Assembly: GCA_035370505.1 (NCBI GenBank)
Contig: DAOOVU010000001.1
Location: 17,109 to 81,108, forward strand
Length of the DNA stretch: 64,000 nucleotides
DNA from: Candidatus Dojkabacteria bacterium
Lineage (GTDB): Bacteria; Patescibacteriota; Dojkabacteria; SC72
Reading direction: 5' to 3'
Below the pieces are notes generated by a model. The model had not been told where the DNA came from. It saw only the letters and a list, made by a program, of their open reading frames with translations, and ran no database searches. The position numbers and the translations under genes are program-made. This document shows, one piece after another, positions 1 through 8,601 of this stretch (the stretch's first letter is position 1; every line of letters begins with the position of its first letter).

Positions 1-1028
1 CTGATATTCTCAGGAATTTCAGAAGATGACATTATTACTAAGTCTCCTTTTTTTATCTTTATGGTTCTATGTTCATTGAGTGATATTCTATTTAATACTG
101 CAAATCTTTCTCCTTGACTTCCTGTGCATAGAATTAAGATTTTCTCATCAGGATATTTATTAAGATCCTTATCTTTAATGAAGATATCATCTTCAACATT
201 GATATAGCCATTATTTCTCGCAATGGTAATCGCTTGATCTAAACTTCTTCCTGCCAAAAGTACTTTTCTGTTTGTTTTTTTGGCTATCTCTATGACAGAG
301 TATAGTCTTGTTATTAGGGAAGAAAACGCCGAAAGGATTATTCTCCCAGGGTAATTGGATATGACCTCTTCTAAATTCTTTGAAACTTCAGTTTCAGACG
401 GTGCTTTTCCTGGAACAGTTGCATTAGTGCTTTCTATTAGTGCTAAATCTACTTTCCCTCTTAAACTGTGAAGCTTTTGATAGTCAGAAAGAGGCTCATT
501 CGCTGGTTTTACATCAAATTTAAAATCTCCTGAAAAAAACAGATTCCCTTTTGGACTCTCCAAAAATATAGAAAAAGCATCTGGAATACTATGGTTTATG
601 CCTATGAATGAAGCTTTGAAGTATTTTCCAATATTTATCTGAGAGTTTCTGTCTACTCCATATATTTTTACCTTGTCTTCCATTTTGTACTCTTTCATCT
701 TTAACTCTATGAGGGATTTCGCAAATCCTCCAGCATATATCGGAGGATATCCCAAATCAGGAAGCATCCATTTTAAGGCACCAATATGATCCAAATGTCC
801 ATGGGTTATCAATATTGCCTTAATATATTGCTTATTTTTTTTTAGATATCTTGTATTAGGAATTAAATAATCAATTCCATACATTTCCTGTCCAGGAAAT
901 GAATAACCAGCATCTACCACAACAATCTCATCTTTGTATTGGACAAAATTGCAATTTCTTCCTATTTCTGTAGTTCCTGATAGTGTGCATAGCTTCAGTA
1001 CATCTCTGTTATCTCTCTCTTCTTTCAT
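1..1028 (-). CDS. rnj: RNase J-like metallo-beta-lactamase / beta-CASP ribonuclease; C-terminus runs off the window edge
   Basis: Reverse-strand ORF with ATG at 1028-1026 (MKEERDNRDVLKLCTLSGTTEIGRNC...). It contains the MBL HxHxDH motif ITHGHLDHIGAL (reverse complement of ~785-815). It is absent from the ORF track, presumably because it is open at the window edge. Confidence 0.7.
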   Translation of the reverse strand, partial: MKEERDNRDVLKLCTLSGTTEIGRNCNFVQYKDEIVVVDAGYSFPGQEMYGIDYLIPNTRYLKKNKQYIKAILITHGHLDHIGALKWMLPDLGYPPIYAGGFAKSLIELKMKEYKMEDKVKIYGVDRNSQINIGKYFKASFIGINHSIPDAFSIFLESPKGNLFFSGDFKFDVKPANEPLSDYQKLHSLRGKVDLALIESTNATVPGKAPSETEVSKNLEEVISNYPGRIILSAFSSLITRLYSVIEIAKKTNRKVLLAGRSLDQAITIARNNGYINVEDDIFIKDKDLNKYPDEKILILCTGSQGERFAVLNRISLNEHRTIKIKKGDLVIMSSSEIPENI

Positions 1029-1104
1029 CTTTGTTAAATAATAATCAACTATTCAAATATCTGCAGATTATACCATAATCCAAAAATATGCTTTATGTTT
1101 TGCT

Positions 1105-1133
1105 TTGTAATAGCTATTTGTTATTGATATAAT
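1105..1133 (+). promoter_or_regulatory. Putative sigma70 promoter TTGTAA-N17-TATAAT upstream of valS
   Basis: TTGTAA at 1105-1110, 17-nt spacer, TATAAT at 1128-1133. The -10 overlaps the first in-frame ATG (1132), which argues that the true start is the ATG at 1150. Confidence 0.35.
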
Positions 1134-1149
1134 GCAAAAGATTTCAAAT

Positions 1150-3429
1150 ATGGAAAGAAATATACCAAAAACATTCGATTCAAAAGAAAATGAATCAAAA
1201 ATATATGAACTTTGGGAGAAATCTGGATATTGTAATCCAGATAATATGAGGGATTATTTAGAAAAGAATAATTTGGAAGTAAAACATTCTTTTACGATTA
1301 CTCTTCCTCCACCGAATGCTAATGGGAATCTTCACTTAGGGCATGTATGTGGATATTCTTTCCACGACTTAATTGGAAGGTATATGAGAATGACAGGGCA
1401 TCCGGTTCTGCTTCTCCCTGGGAAAGATCATGCTGGGATTCAAACAGAATCTGTTTTTACAAAAGTTTTAGAAAAAAGAGGATTGGACAAAAAGAAAATG
1501 GGAAGAGATGCATTCTATGAGGCTACATACAAATTTTGTATGGAAAATATTGAAAATGCTAGGGAGCAGGAAAAAAGGATAGGTTTGTCTGCTGACTATT
1601 CTAGGGAACTCTTTACGCTTGATCCTAAGCTCACAAAAATAGTGTATGAGACTTTCTACAAGATGTTTAAAGAAGGTTTGGTGTATAGAGATAAGAGGAT
1701 TATAAATCAATGTCCAAACTGTAAAACGGCTCTTGCAGATGTTGATACAGAGCATGAAGAAAGAAGAGGAATTTTTGCTTACATAGTGTATCCATTTGTT
1801 GATGAAAATGACAGGAAGCTTGCGAAGAAGATGTTTGGTGTAGAAGGTATAACTGTTGCCACAACAAGGCCTGAAACTATGCTTGGAGATACAGCTGTCG
1901 CAGTAAATAGTAAGGATGATCGATACAAGGATTTTGTTGGGAAGAAGGTTCTTCTACCAATTGCAAACAGGGAGATTCCAATAATTGCAGTTGATGATGT
2001 TGATATTAATCTAGGAACTGGAGCATTAAAGGTTACTCCTGCTCACTCTCCGATAGATTTTGAGATAGGGAGAAAAAATAATTTAGAAATAATTAATGTG
2101 ATAAACGAGGAAGGGAAGATGGATGGTAATATTCCAGAAAGATTTAAGGGTATGGGAACAGTAGAATGCTCTAAGGCATTATGCAGAGAGCTTGAGGGAC
2201 TTGGTTTGCTGGTAAAGATTGAAAATATTAAACATGATGTGGCAGTGTGTGAAAGATGTAAAACTCCTATCGAACCAATTATTTCCAATCAGTGGTTTTT
2301 GAATGTAGAACCTCTTGCAAAGGAAGCATTGAAAAGTATAAAAGAAGGTGAAGTCAAAGTTATTCCCTCTGGTCAGCAGAAGGCATTAGAATATTTCTAT
2401 GAAAATATTCAGCCTTGGTGTATCTCTAGACAGCTCTGGTGGGGTCAAAGAATTCCTGTCTGGTACAGTGGAGGGAAAAAATTGTATGACTGGATTCTTG
2501 AGAATAAAGGGAAAAGTGTTGAGGAATACGAGAAAGAAACAGGTTTGAAACCTAAGGGTACTGGAGAGATATTTTTGGGAGAGACTGTGCCTCAGTCGAA
2601 AAATGGAGAAATTTGGGAGCAAGAAGAAGATGTTTTTGATACTTGGTTCAGTTCTGGTCAGTGGCCTTTTTCCACGCTAGGAGGTGTTGATGGTGAAGAC
2701 TTTGCAAAGTATTACCCTACTCAACTGATGATTCATGGAAGAGATATTCTTTTTTGGTGGTCTGCAAGAATGATAATGATGGGGTTATATAGAACGGGAA
2801 AAGTACCCTTCTCTAAAGTATTTCTAACGGGAGTAATTTTGGCATCAGATGGATCTAAGATGTCAAAATCTAGAGGAAATGGAATTGAACCTGCACAGGT
2901 ATTTGAAAGATACGGGGCAGATGCTCTGAGGCTTTGGTACTACAGTGATGCTCTTCCAGGTTCTAATGCTCCTCTGCGTGAGGAAAAAATTAAGGGAAAC
3001 AGAAACTTCATAAACAAGATTTGGAATGCAAGTAGGTTTATACTAATGAATGTAGATGATTCTGAAATAGAGGCAATTGCATCGGTAAATGTGTTTAGTA
3101 GCGATAGAGTAAGAGAAAATCAAGAACATACAAAACAAGTTAAAAAATATATGGAGAAGTATAAGTTTAACCTTGGAGCAGAAAGTATTAGGGAGTTCTT
3201 CTGGCATACTTTTTGTGATAAGTGGATAGAGGAAATTAAAGTAGAAGTAAAAGATGAAGAAATAGGAAGTGAAAAAAGGATAAAGAAGCTTGCAGAACTT
3301 CTTTATCTATTAAAAGAGAATTTGAAGATAATGCATCCATTTGCTCCTTTTGTTACAGAAGCAGTTTGGCAAGAGTTGGTCAACTTGGGATTAGCAGATG
3401 GCCTTCTGTTTACGAAGCAGATTGATTAG
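1150..3429 (+). CDS. valS: Valine--tRNA ligase (class I aaRS)
   Basis: HIGH motif PPPNANGNLHLGH; KMSKS motif KMSKSRGN; DTWFSSGQWPFSTLG. The ORF is open from 1132, but MERNIPKTFDSKENESKIYELWEKSGY (from 1150) aligns with canonical ValRS N-termini. The product is shorter than typical ValRS. Confidence 0.8.
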   Translation: MERNIPKTFDSKENESKIYELWEKSGYCNPDNMRDYLEKNNLEVKHSFTITLPPPNANGNLHLGHVCGYSFHDLIGRYMRMTGHPVLLLPGKDHAGIQTESVFTKVLEKRGLDKKKMGRDAFYEATYKFCMENIENAREQEKRIGLSADYSRELFTLDPKLTKIVYETFYKMFKEGLVYRDKRIINQCPNCKTALADVDTEHEERRGIFAYIVYPFVDENDRKLAKKMFGVEGITVATTRPETMLGDTAVAVNSKDDRYKDFVGKKVLLPIANREIPIIAVDDVDINLGTGALKVTPAHSPIDFEIGRKNNLEIINVINEEGKMDGNIPERFKGMGTVECSKALCRELEGLGLLVKIENIKHDVAVCERCKTPIEPIISNQWFLNVEPLAKEALKSIKEGEVKVIPSGQQKALEYFYENIQPWCISRQLWWGQRIPVWYSGGKKLYDWILENKGKSVEEYEKETGLKPKGTGEIFLGETVPQSKNGEIWEQEEDVFDTWFSSGQWPFSTLGGVDGEDFAKYYPTQLMIHGRDILFWWSARMIMMGLYRTGKVPFSKVFLTGVILASDGSKMSKSRGNGIEPAQVFERYGADALRLWYYSDALPGSNAPLREEKIKGNRNFINKIWNASRFILMNVDDSEIEAIASVNVFSSDRVRENQEHTKQVKKYMEKYKFNLGAESIREFFWHTFCDKWIEEIKVEVKDEEIGSEKRIKKLAELLYLLKENLKIMHPFAPFVTEAVWQELVNLGLADGLLFTKQID

Positions 3430-3518
3430 AATCCTTTTGTATATTTACTTTTTTGAGTTTTTTTGATAGAATATCAGTGTAGGTCATTAAAAAAGCAAAA
3501 GAAAAGAGGAAAAATTGT

Positions 3519-3989
3519 ATGGACAGTGAAGTTATCAAAAACTTCCTGAAGACAGTGGAGGTTATCTCCCTGTTTTATCAGGTTGATCCTGAAATTAAGA
3601 ATCACAATTTTTTAAGGGATGATATTCGGATTAACCCTAATCATAGAACTTCAGAGGGTCTTTTCATTTATATGAATGATAGATTTCCAATTGAAGCGTA
3701 TACACTATGGGGAGGGATTAATTGCTTTGATCCGATTATTGAGTCCTTCAGGATAGGAAAAACATTTGATTTTACCCCAATATTTAAAAAAGGGAGGAAA
3801 GCACTTGTTTACTATAGCCTTAATGGTACTTTGAAAAAGGAAGAAAGTGCTTTCTTGGAATTTGATGTTTTTCCAAAAAACGCTATGTTTCCATCTTATG
3901 TCTACCGAGGAAGAATGAACGGATATGAGCATTTCCTTAAAGAATGGGATGACTTATTATCTTGGGGATATAAGGAGGGAATATACTAA
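3519..3989 (+). CDS. Hypothetical protein
   Basis: 156-aa ORF in the intergenic gap between valS and metG; no recognisable motif. Confidence 0.4.
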   Translation: MDSEVIKNFLKTVEVISLFYQVDPEIKNHNFLRDDIRINPNHRTSEGLFIYMNDRFPIEAYTLWGGINCFDPIIESFRIGKTFDFTPIFKKGRKALVYYSLNGTLKKEESAFLEFDVFPKNAMFPSYVYRGRMNGYEHFLKEWDDLLSWGYKEGIY

Positions 3990-4228
3990 ATTTGGATGAA
4001 TTTGATGAAAAATATTTTAGGAGTCTTTCTCCAAAGGATACCAAGTCCAATACAAATGAGTTTTGATTTTGATGAATCTAATGATAAATAATTGATATTT
4101 ATCATGGAAGAAGCTTGGTTGGTTTTTTACCAATTATTTTTATTGATAAGCCGAGCTTCTTCCTTCTTCTCTTTTGTTTTAACCTTCTATATATGTCCAT
4201 TTTGTGTACTGTTGTATAATACTTATGT

Positions 4229-5686
4229 ATGAATGATAAAAAAGTATATATAACTACGACTTTGCCGTATGTAAATGCAGAACCTCATATTGGTCATGCT
4301 TTAGAATTTGTTCAGGCAGATGCATCTGCTAGGTATTTTCGTCAAAAGTTAGGGAAGGAGAATGTTTTTTTTAATGTAGGCACTGATGAACATGGTTTGA
4401 AGATTTACAGGAAAGCTTTAGAAGAAAATATCTCTATTTATGATTTTGTTGATAAATATGCTCAAAGATTTGTTGATTATTGTAAATTATTTTTTGTTGA
4501 TTATGATTTTTTCTACAGAACTTCTTCCAAAGAGCATGTAAAGGTGGCTCAGGAATTTTGGAAGAGGTGTGCAGATCATGGAGATATTTACAAAAAGAAT
4601 TACAAGGGTTTGTACTGTGTTGGATGTGAGAGATTTATTACAGAAAAAGAATTAGTTGATGGAAAATGTCCAGATCATAATATTGAGCCAGAGCAAAGGG
4701 AGGAAGAAAATTACTTCTTCAGGTTGACATCATACAGAGAAAAACTTCTAAAATGGCTTAATGAAAATCCTGATTGTATCAAACCTAAATCTGCATTTGA
4801 TGAATTAAAGAAAATAATTTCTGAAATAGAGGATATAAGCATATCAAGAGTGAAAGAAAATCTTCCTTGGGGAATTGATGTCCCAGGAGATGATTCTCAA
4901 GTTATGTATGTTTGGTTTGATGCTTTAACGAATTATGTAGGAGCAGTAGGTTTTGGAGAGGATGAAAGGAAACTTATGGAATGGTGGAAAAATTCCGTTC
5001 AGTTTTTTGGGCCTGATAACCTTAGATTTCAGGGAGCTATATGGCAAGGCATGCTTATGTCAGGAAATCTTCCAAATACGAAGAAACTTCTTAGACATGG
5101 AATGGTTTTGGCATCAGATGGAAGAAAGATGTCAAAGTCTTTGGGTAATGTAGTTTCTCCGTTTGAAGAGGAGAAAAAATATGGAGCAGAAATAGTGAGA
5201 TTCTATTTGCTTGCAGGAATTTCAACATTTTTTGATTCTGCATACAGAGAAGAAGATCTTGTTAATATGTATAATGCAAGACTTGCTGATAATTATGGAA
5301 ATTTGCTTAATAGAGTAATACATTTAGCGAATTCTACAGGGGTAAAGATTAATGATGAAGAAAATGTAGAAAAAACTTTTCTTGATGAAGTTAACAAGTA
5401 TGAGTCTGAGATTAGTTCTTTGTATGAAGATTTCGAACTTTCTAGTGCGTTGGAAAAGGTAGATGAACTTGCTGATTTTGGGAATAAATACATTACGAAA
5501 GAGGAACCGTGGAGTAAGGGGTTAGAAAAAGGAAAGGTAGAAATAATACTAAACAATTTGAGTTATTTATTATCTGTTGTTACAAAGTTGTATTATCCTG
5601 CTATTCCAATCAGCAGTGCAAAAGCTGAAAAAGCGTTAAAGAATAGAGAAAAAATAATTCTTTTCAACAAACTTCAGCCTTTATGA
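4229..5686 (+). CDS. metG: Methionine--tRNA ligase
   Basis: N-terminal TTTLPYVNAEPHIGH (HIGH); Cys knuckle CVGCERF...CPDH; KMSKSLGN. Confidence 0.85.
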   Translation: MNDKKVYITTTLPYVNAEPHIGHALEFVQADASARYFRQKLGKENVFFNVGTDEHGLKIYRKALEENISIYDFVDKYAQRFVDYCKLFFVDYDFFYRTSSKEHVKVAQEFWKRCADHGDIYKKNYKGLYCVGCERFITEKELVDGKCPDHNIEPEQREEENYFFRLTSYREKLLKWLNENPDCIKPKSAFDELKKIISEIEDISISRVKENLPWGIDVPGDDSQVMYVWFDALTNYVGAVGFGEDERKLMEWWKNSVQFFGPDNLRFQGAIWQGMLMSGNLPNTKKLLRHGMVLASDGRKMSKSLGNVVSPFEEEKKYGAEIVRFYLLAGISTFFDSAYREEDLVNMYNARLADNYGNLLNRVIHLANSTGVKINDEENVEKTFLDEVNKYESEISSLYEDFELSSALEKVDELADFGNKYITKEEPWSKGLEKGKVEIILNNLSYLLSVVTKLYYPAIPISSAKAEKALKNREKIILFNKLQPL

Positions 5687-5718
5687 TATACTAAGATTGT
5701 ACAAACTAAAACTGCTCA

Positions 5719-6270
5719 ATGCTTACATCTAAAAAGGAACCACAATCAATAAACTTTTTGGAGCCTGTCTATTCTCCCTCGGATATTTGGTCGAAGGCCT
5801 ATATTTGGCTCACAGATGTTGGAAAGTATCTACTGATAGGTGTCGAGCTTGTCGTTTTGGGTGTGTTTTTTTCTAGGTTTATCCTTGATAAAAAGAATAA
5901 TGACTTAACAGAAGAAATAAATGATAAAACTGCTTTGCTATCAAATGAAAGTTGGAAGCAAAAAGATGCTTTATTTGGAAATTATCAATCTTTACTTACA
6001 GATGTTAGAAAAGTAAGAGAAAATCAAACAATAAATTCGACTATAATTAGTGACTTGATCAGTGGTATCCCCTCTCTTTTGTCTTTAGATAGTTTCTCTT
6101 TCACAGAAAATCGTGTATTTTTGAGCCTAACAAGTACGAGTTTCGAAACAGTGAAAAATTATGAAACAGCATTAAAGAATAATCCGGACTATAAAGATGT
6201 TACATTTAATATAGTAAAAGAAAAATCTGATATTGGAGTAAAGGTTACTTTTACTTTGACTGGTGAATAA
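5719..6270 (+). CDS. PilN-like bitopic membrane protein (type IV pilus/competence assembly)
   Basis: N-terminal SINFLEP resembles the conserved PilN INLLP motif, followed by a single TM (YLLIGVELVVLGVFF) and a periplasmic domain. Confidence 0.45.
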   Translation: MLTSKKEPQSINFLEPVYSPSDIWSKAYIWLTDVGKYLLIGVELVVLGVFFSRFILDKKNNDLTEEINDKTALLSNESWKQKDALFGNYQSLLTDVRKVRENQTINSTIISDLISGIPSLLSLDSFSFTENRVFLSLTSTSFETVKNYETALKNNPDYKDVTFNIVKEKSDIGVKVTFTLTGE

Positions 6271-6272
6271 AT

Positions 6273-6893
6273 ATGGAAAAGGAAAGTATTAATACAGTCG
6301 AATATATAAAAATAGTAAAGGAAGCTCCTGAGAAGAGAAAAGGGTATGGTTTTTTTGCGGTTACATTAATAGCTTCTATTCTTCTGATTGTATTTGCGAT
6401 AAGACCAACAATTCTAACTATTACAAGAATAAAAAAGGAGATTAAAGGAAAAGAGATTATGAATTCTCAACTTGATACAAAAATAACTACTTTATCATCA
6501 TTGGATAAGATATATCTTGAAAACAAGGAAAGTTTTGATAGTCTAAAATTGATCTTTCCTGCTGATGGGAATTTTAGTCTTTTTCTATCAAATGTTGATT
6601 CTATAGTTGCTAGAAATGGTTTCGCTTTAACTGGAATAATATTTGATGATTATAAAGGGGAGACTTACAAGGCTTCTTCTACTTCTGTTTTAAAACCAAA
6701 AACTGCAAGAGTTACAGTCAGTGGGAAGGTTGTTAATATTGTTAATTTATTGAAAGATTTTGAGGCTTTGCCAATGTATCCCGTTGTTGAGACTTTGTCT
6801 TTTACAAACCATGAAGATGATAATGGAATGATTACTTTTAGCATCGGGTTGAGAGTGTATGCTATAGATAATAATAATTTTTATAAAGAGTAG
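6273..6893 (+). CDS. PilO-like bitopic membrane protein
   Basis: Short cytoplasmic N-terminus, one TM (FFAVTLIASILLIVFAI), then a coiled-coil-like region and a C-terminal domain. It lies immediately downstream of the PilN-like gene (2-nt gap). Confidence 0.4.
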   Translation: MEKESINTVEYIKIVKEAPEKRKGYGFFAVTLIASILLIVFAIRPTILTITRIKKEIKGKEIMNSQLDTKITTLSSLDKIYLENKESFDSLKLIFPADGNFSLFLSNVDSIVARNGFALTGIIFDDYKGETYKASSTSVLKPKTARVTVSGKVVNIVNLLKDFEALPMYPVVETLSFTNHEDDNGMITFSIGLRVYAIDNNNFYKE

Positions 6894-6895
6894 CT

Positions 6896-7138
6896 ATGGA
6901 TATTGTTAAGAAATCTCTTCCTGCACTAATATTGTTATTTGTTGTAGTAATGGCTTGGGTTGGTCTATCAGCATATTTTGATGCTACTGGAAAGGTTGTT
7001 GATACGAAAGCAACAGGCTATACGAGAGCTTTGAAAACATCTTTTGACTTAGAAGAATTAAATAAGGTAATGGATAGATCTAAGAAAGCTTTTCCAGTAT
7101 CTCCTGATGAGTTTCTATCTTTAATGGAAAAGGATTAG
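6896..7138 (+). CDS. Small membrane protein (80 aa), possibly third component of the PilN/PilO-like set
   Basis: N-terminal TM ([17 protein letters not shown]); tightly spaced (2-nt gap) after the PilO-like gene. Confidence 0.35.
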   Translation: MDIVKKSLPALILLFVVVMAWVGLSAYFDATGKVVDTKATGYTRALKTSFDLEELNKVMDRSKKAFPVSPDEFLSLMEKD

Positions 7139-8217
7139 TCTATGTAATCATCAAGCTTTTGTTGTGAGGATTTATCTTTAAGTTTCTTCAGGGCTTTTGC
7201 TTCTATTTGTCTTATTCTTTCTCTAGTTACTCCAAATTCTTTCCCTACTTCCTCTAAAGTTCTTGATACTCCATCATCCAAACCAAATCTTAATGAAAGG
7301 ACTCTTCTTTCTCTATCTTGCAGTGTATCTAAGATTCCATGTAATTGGTTCTTTAAATACTCTGATGTTGCATAATCTTCTGGAGATTGTGACCAATCAT
7401 CTGGGATAATGTCTTGAAGTTTACTGTCTTTTTCTTCACCAGTTGGTGTTGAAAGTGAAGTTGGATTTTGATTTATTTTCCTTATTTCAGCTATCTTTTC
7501 AACATCTATTTGCATTTCTTTTGCAATTTCTTCATCAGTAGCAGGTCTCCCAAGTTTGGTAGCAAGAGCATTGCTGACTTTCCCATATTTATTTATCGTT
7601 TCTATCATGTGAACTGGAACTCTGATGGTTCTTGCCTGATCTGCGATTGCCCTAGTAATAGCTTGTCTGATCCACCATGTTGCATACGTAGAAAACTTAA
7701 AGCCTTTTTTGTAATCGAATTTCTCAACAGCTCTCATTAAGCCGATATTTCCCTCTTGTATCAAATCCAAGAGTTCTAAATTACTTTTGCTATACTTTTT
7801 TGCAATGCTAACTACTAATCTAAGGTTTGCTGTTATTAAAAGTTGTTGTGCCTCTTTATCTCCTTTTTCTATTCTTTTAGCCAAAATCACCTCTTCTTCA
7901 CCTGTTAGAAGTGGAATTCTTCCTATTTCAAACAGATATGATCTTATTGCGTCTGTGGAGATAGTTGATTGGATACTTTTTAGAATTTTTATTTTCTTTT
8001 CAAGAGTCAATTCTTCTTTTGAAACATCAGTCTTTTGATTTTCTTCTGGTTCTAGTACTTCTATTTCGTTTTCCTGTAATTTCTCAAATATTTTGTCTAA
8101 GAGTTTTACATTGTCTTCTATTGTTGGAAAAACATCAAGCAAATCTTCTTGAGTCAAAAAACCTTGCTCTTTTCCTTTTTTAATTAAGAAATTGATTGCT
8201 TTTGTATTATTCGGCAT
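7135..8217 (-). CDS. rpoD: RNA polymerase sigma-70 factor RpoD
   Basis: Region 2 [41 protein letters not shown] and region 4 [27 protein letters not shown]. The ORF is open to 8271, but the ATG at 8217 ([10 protein letters not shown]...) avoids a 5'-5' overlap with the divergent gene at 8245. Confidence 0.9.
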   Translation of the reverse strand: MPNNTKAINFLIKKGKEQGFLTQEDLLDVFPTIEDNVKLLDKIFEKLQENEIEVLEPEENQKTDVSKEELTLEKKIKILKSIQSTISTDAIRSYLFEIGRIPLLTGEEEVILAKRIEKGDKEAQQLLITANLRLVVSIAKKYSKSNLELLDLIQEGNIGLMRAVEKFDYKKGFKFSTYATWWIRQAITRAIADQARTIRVPVHMIETINKYGKVSNALATKLGRPATDEEIAKEMQIDVEKIAEIRKINQNPTSLSTPTGEEKDSKLQDIIPDDWSQSPEDYATSEYLKNQLHGILDTLQDRERRVLSLRFGLDDGVSRTLEEVGKEFGVTRERIRQIEAKALKKLKDKSSQQKLDDYID

Positions 8218-8227
8218 ATTTAAATTA

Positions 8228-8236
8228 TGGTATAAT
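8228..8236 (+). promoter_or_regulatory. Extended -10 element TGGTATAAT, 8 nt before the ATG at 8245
   Basis: TGGTATAAT at 8228-8236 with the ATG at 8245 predicts a leaderless or near-leaderless transcript. The same TGGTATAAT occurs before the gene at 57015. Confidence 0.3.
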
Positions 8237-8244
8237 TTAGATAT

Positions 8245-8583
8245 ATGAATAGCAAAAATAATAGCACACAAGAAGAGAAGCAGTTTTTTATCGATTCAAT
8301 ATCGAGATTCTGTGATAAATGTGGCACTGCATATACTCCTGATGATGTTAATATCTTTCAAAACACCAGTACAACGACGATTATACACTTCTCATGTAGT
8401 CATTGTAAAGCAGAGCATATTGCTACCTTTATCAAAAGTCTGGGCTTGAGTCAAAGAGTTCCAGTAAGTACAGATCTTAATGTAGATGAGATTAAGAAAT
8501 TTGCTGAAATGAAGGAAATTTCTCTGCAAGAAGTATTAAACATGTATACTTTGCTAAAAAGGAGTTCAGCTACAGAGATTTAA
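8245..8583 (+). CDS. Small zinc-ribbon protein
   Basis: CDKCG...CSHCKAEH Cys4-type pattern; divergent from rpoD. Confidence 0.45.
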   Translation: MNSKNNSTQEEKQFFIDSISRFCDKCGTAYTPDDVNIFQNTSTTTIIHFSCSHCKAEHIATFIKSLGLSQRVPVSTDLNVDEIKKFAEMKEISLQEVLNMYTLLKRSSATEI

Positions 8584-8601
8584 GGTTAATTTCTTCATTG
8601 T

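Noticed and set aside
1468-2622. Antisense ORFs inside valS (1468-1755, 2043-2288, 2386-2622 on the minus strand), and the many similar short ORFs opposite rpoB, rpoC, dnaK, groEL, ftsK and VirB4
   Set aside because: They are fully embedded opposite strongly supported conserved genes and have low-complexity, stop-codon-poor composition typical of the antisense of AT-rich coding DNA.
8218-8271. N-terminal extension of rpoD ([18 protein letters not shown]...)
   Set aside because: It would overlap the divergent zinc-ribbon gene and its TGGTATAAT promoter head-to-head. The ATG at 8217 (MPNNTK...) is more plausible.
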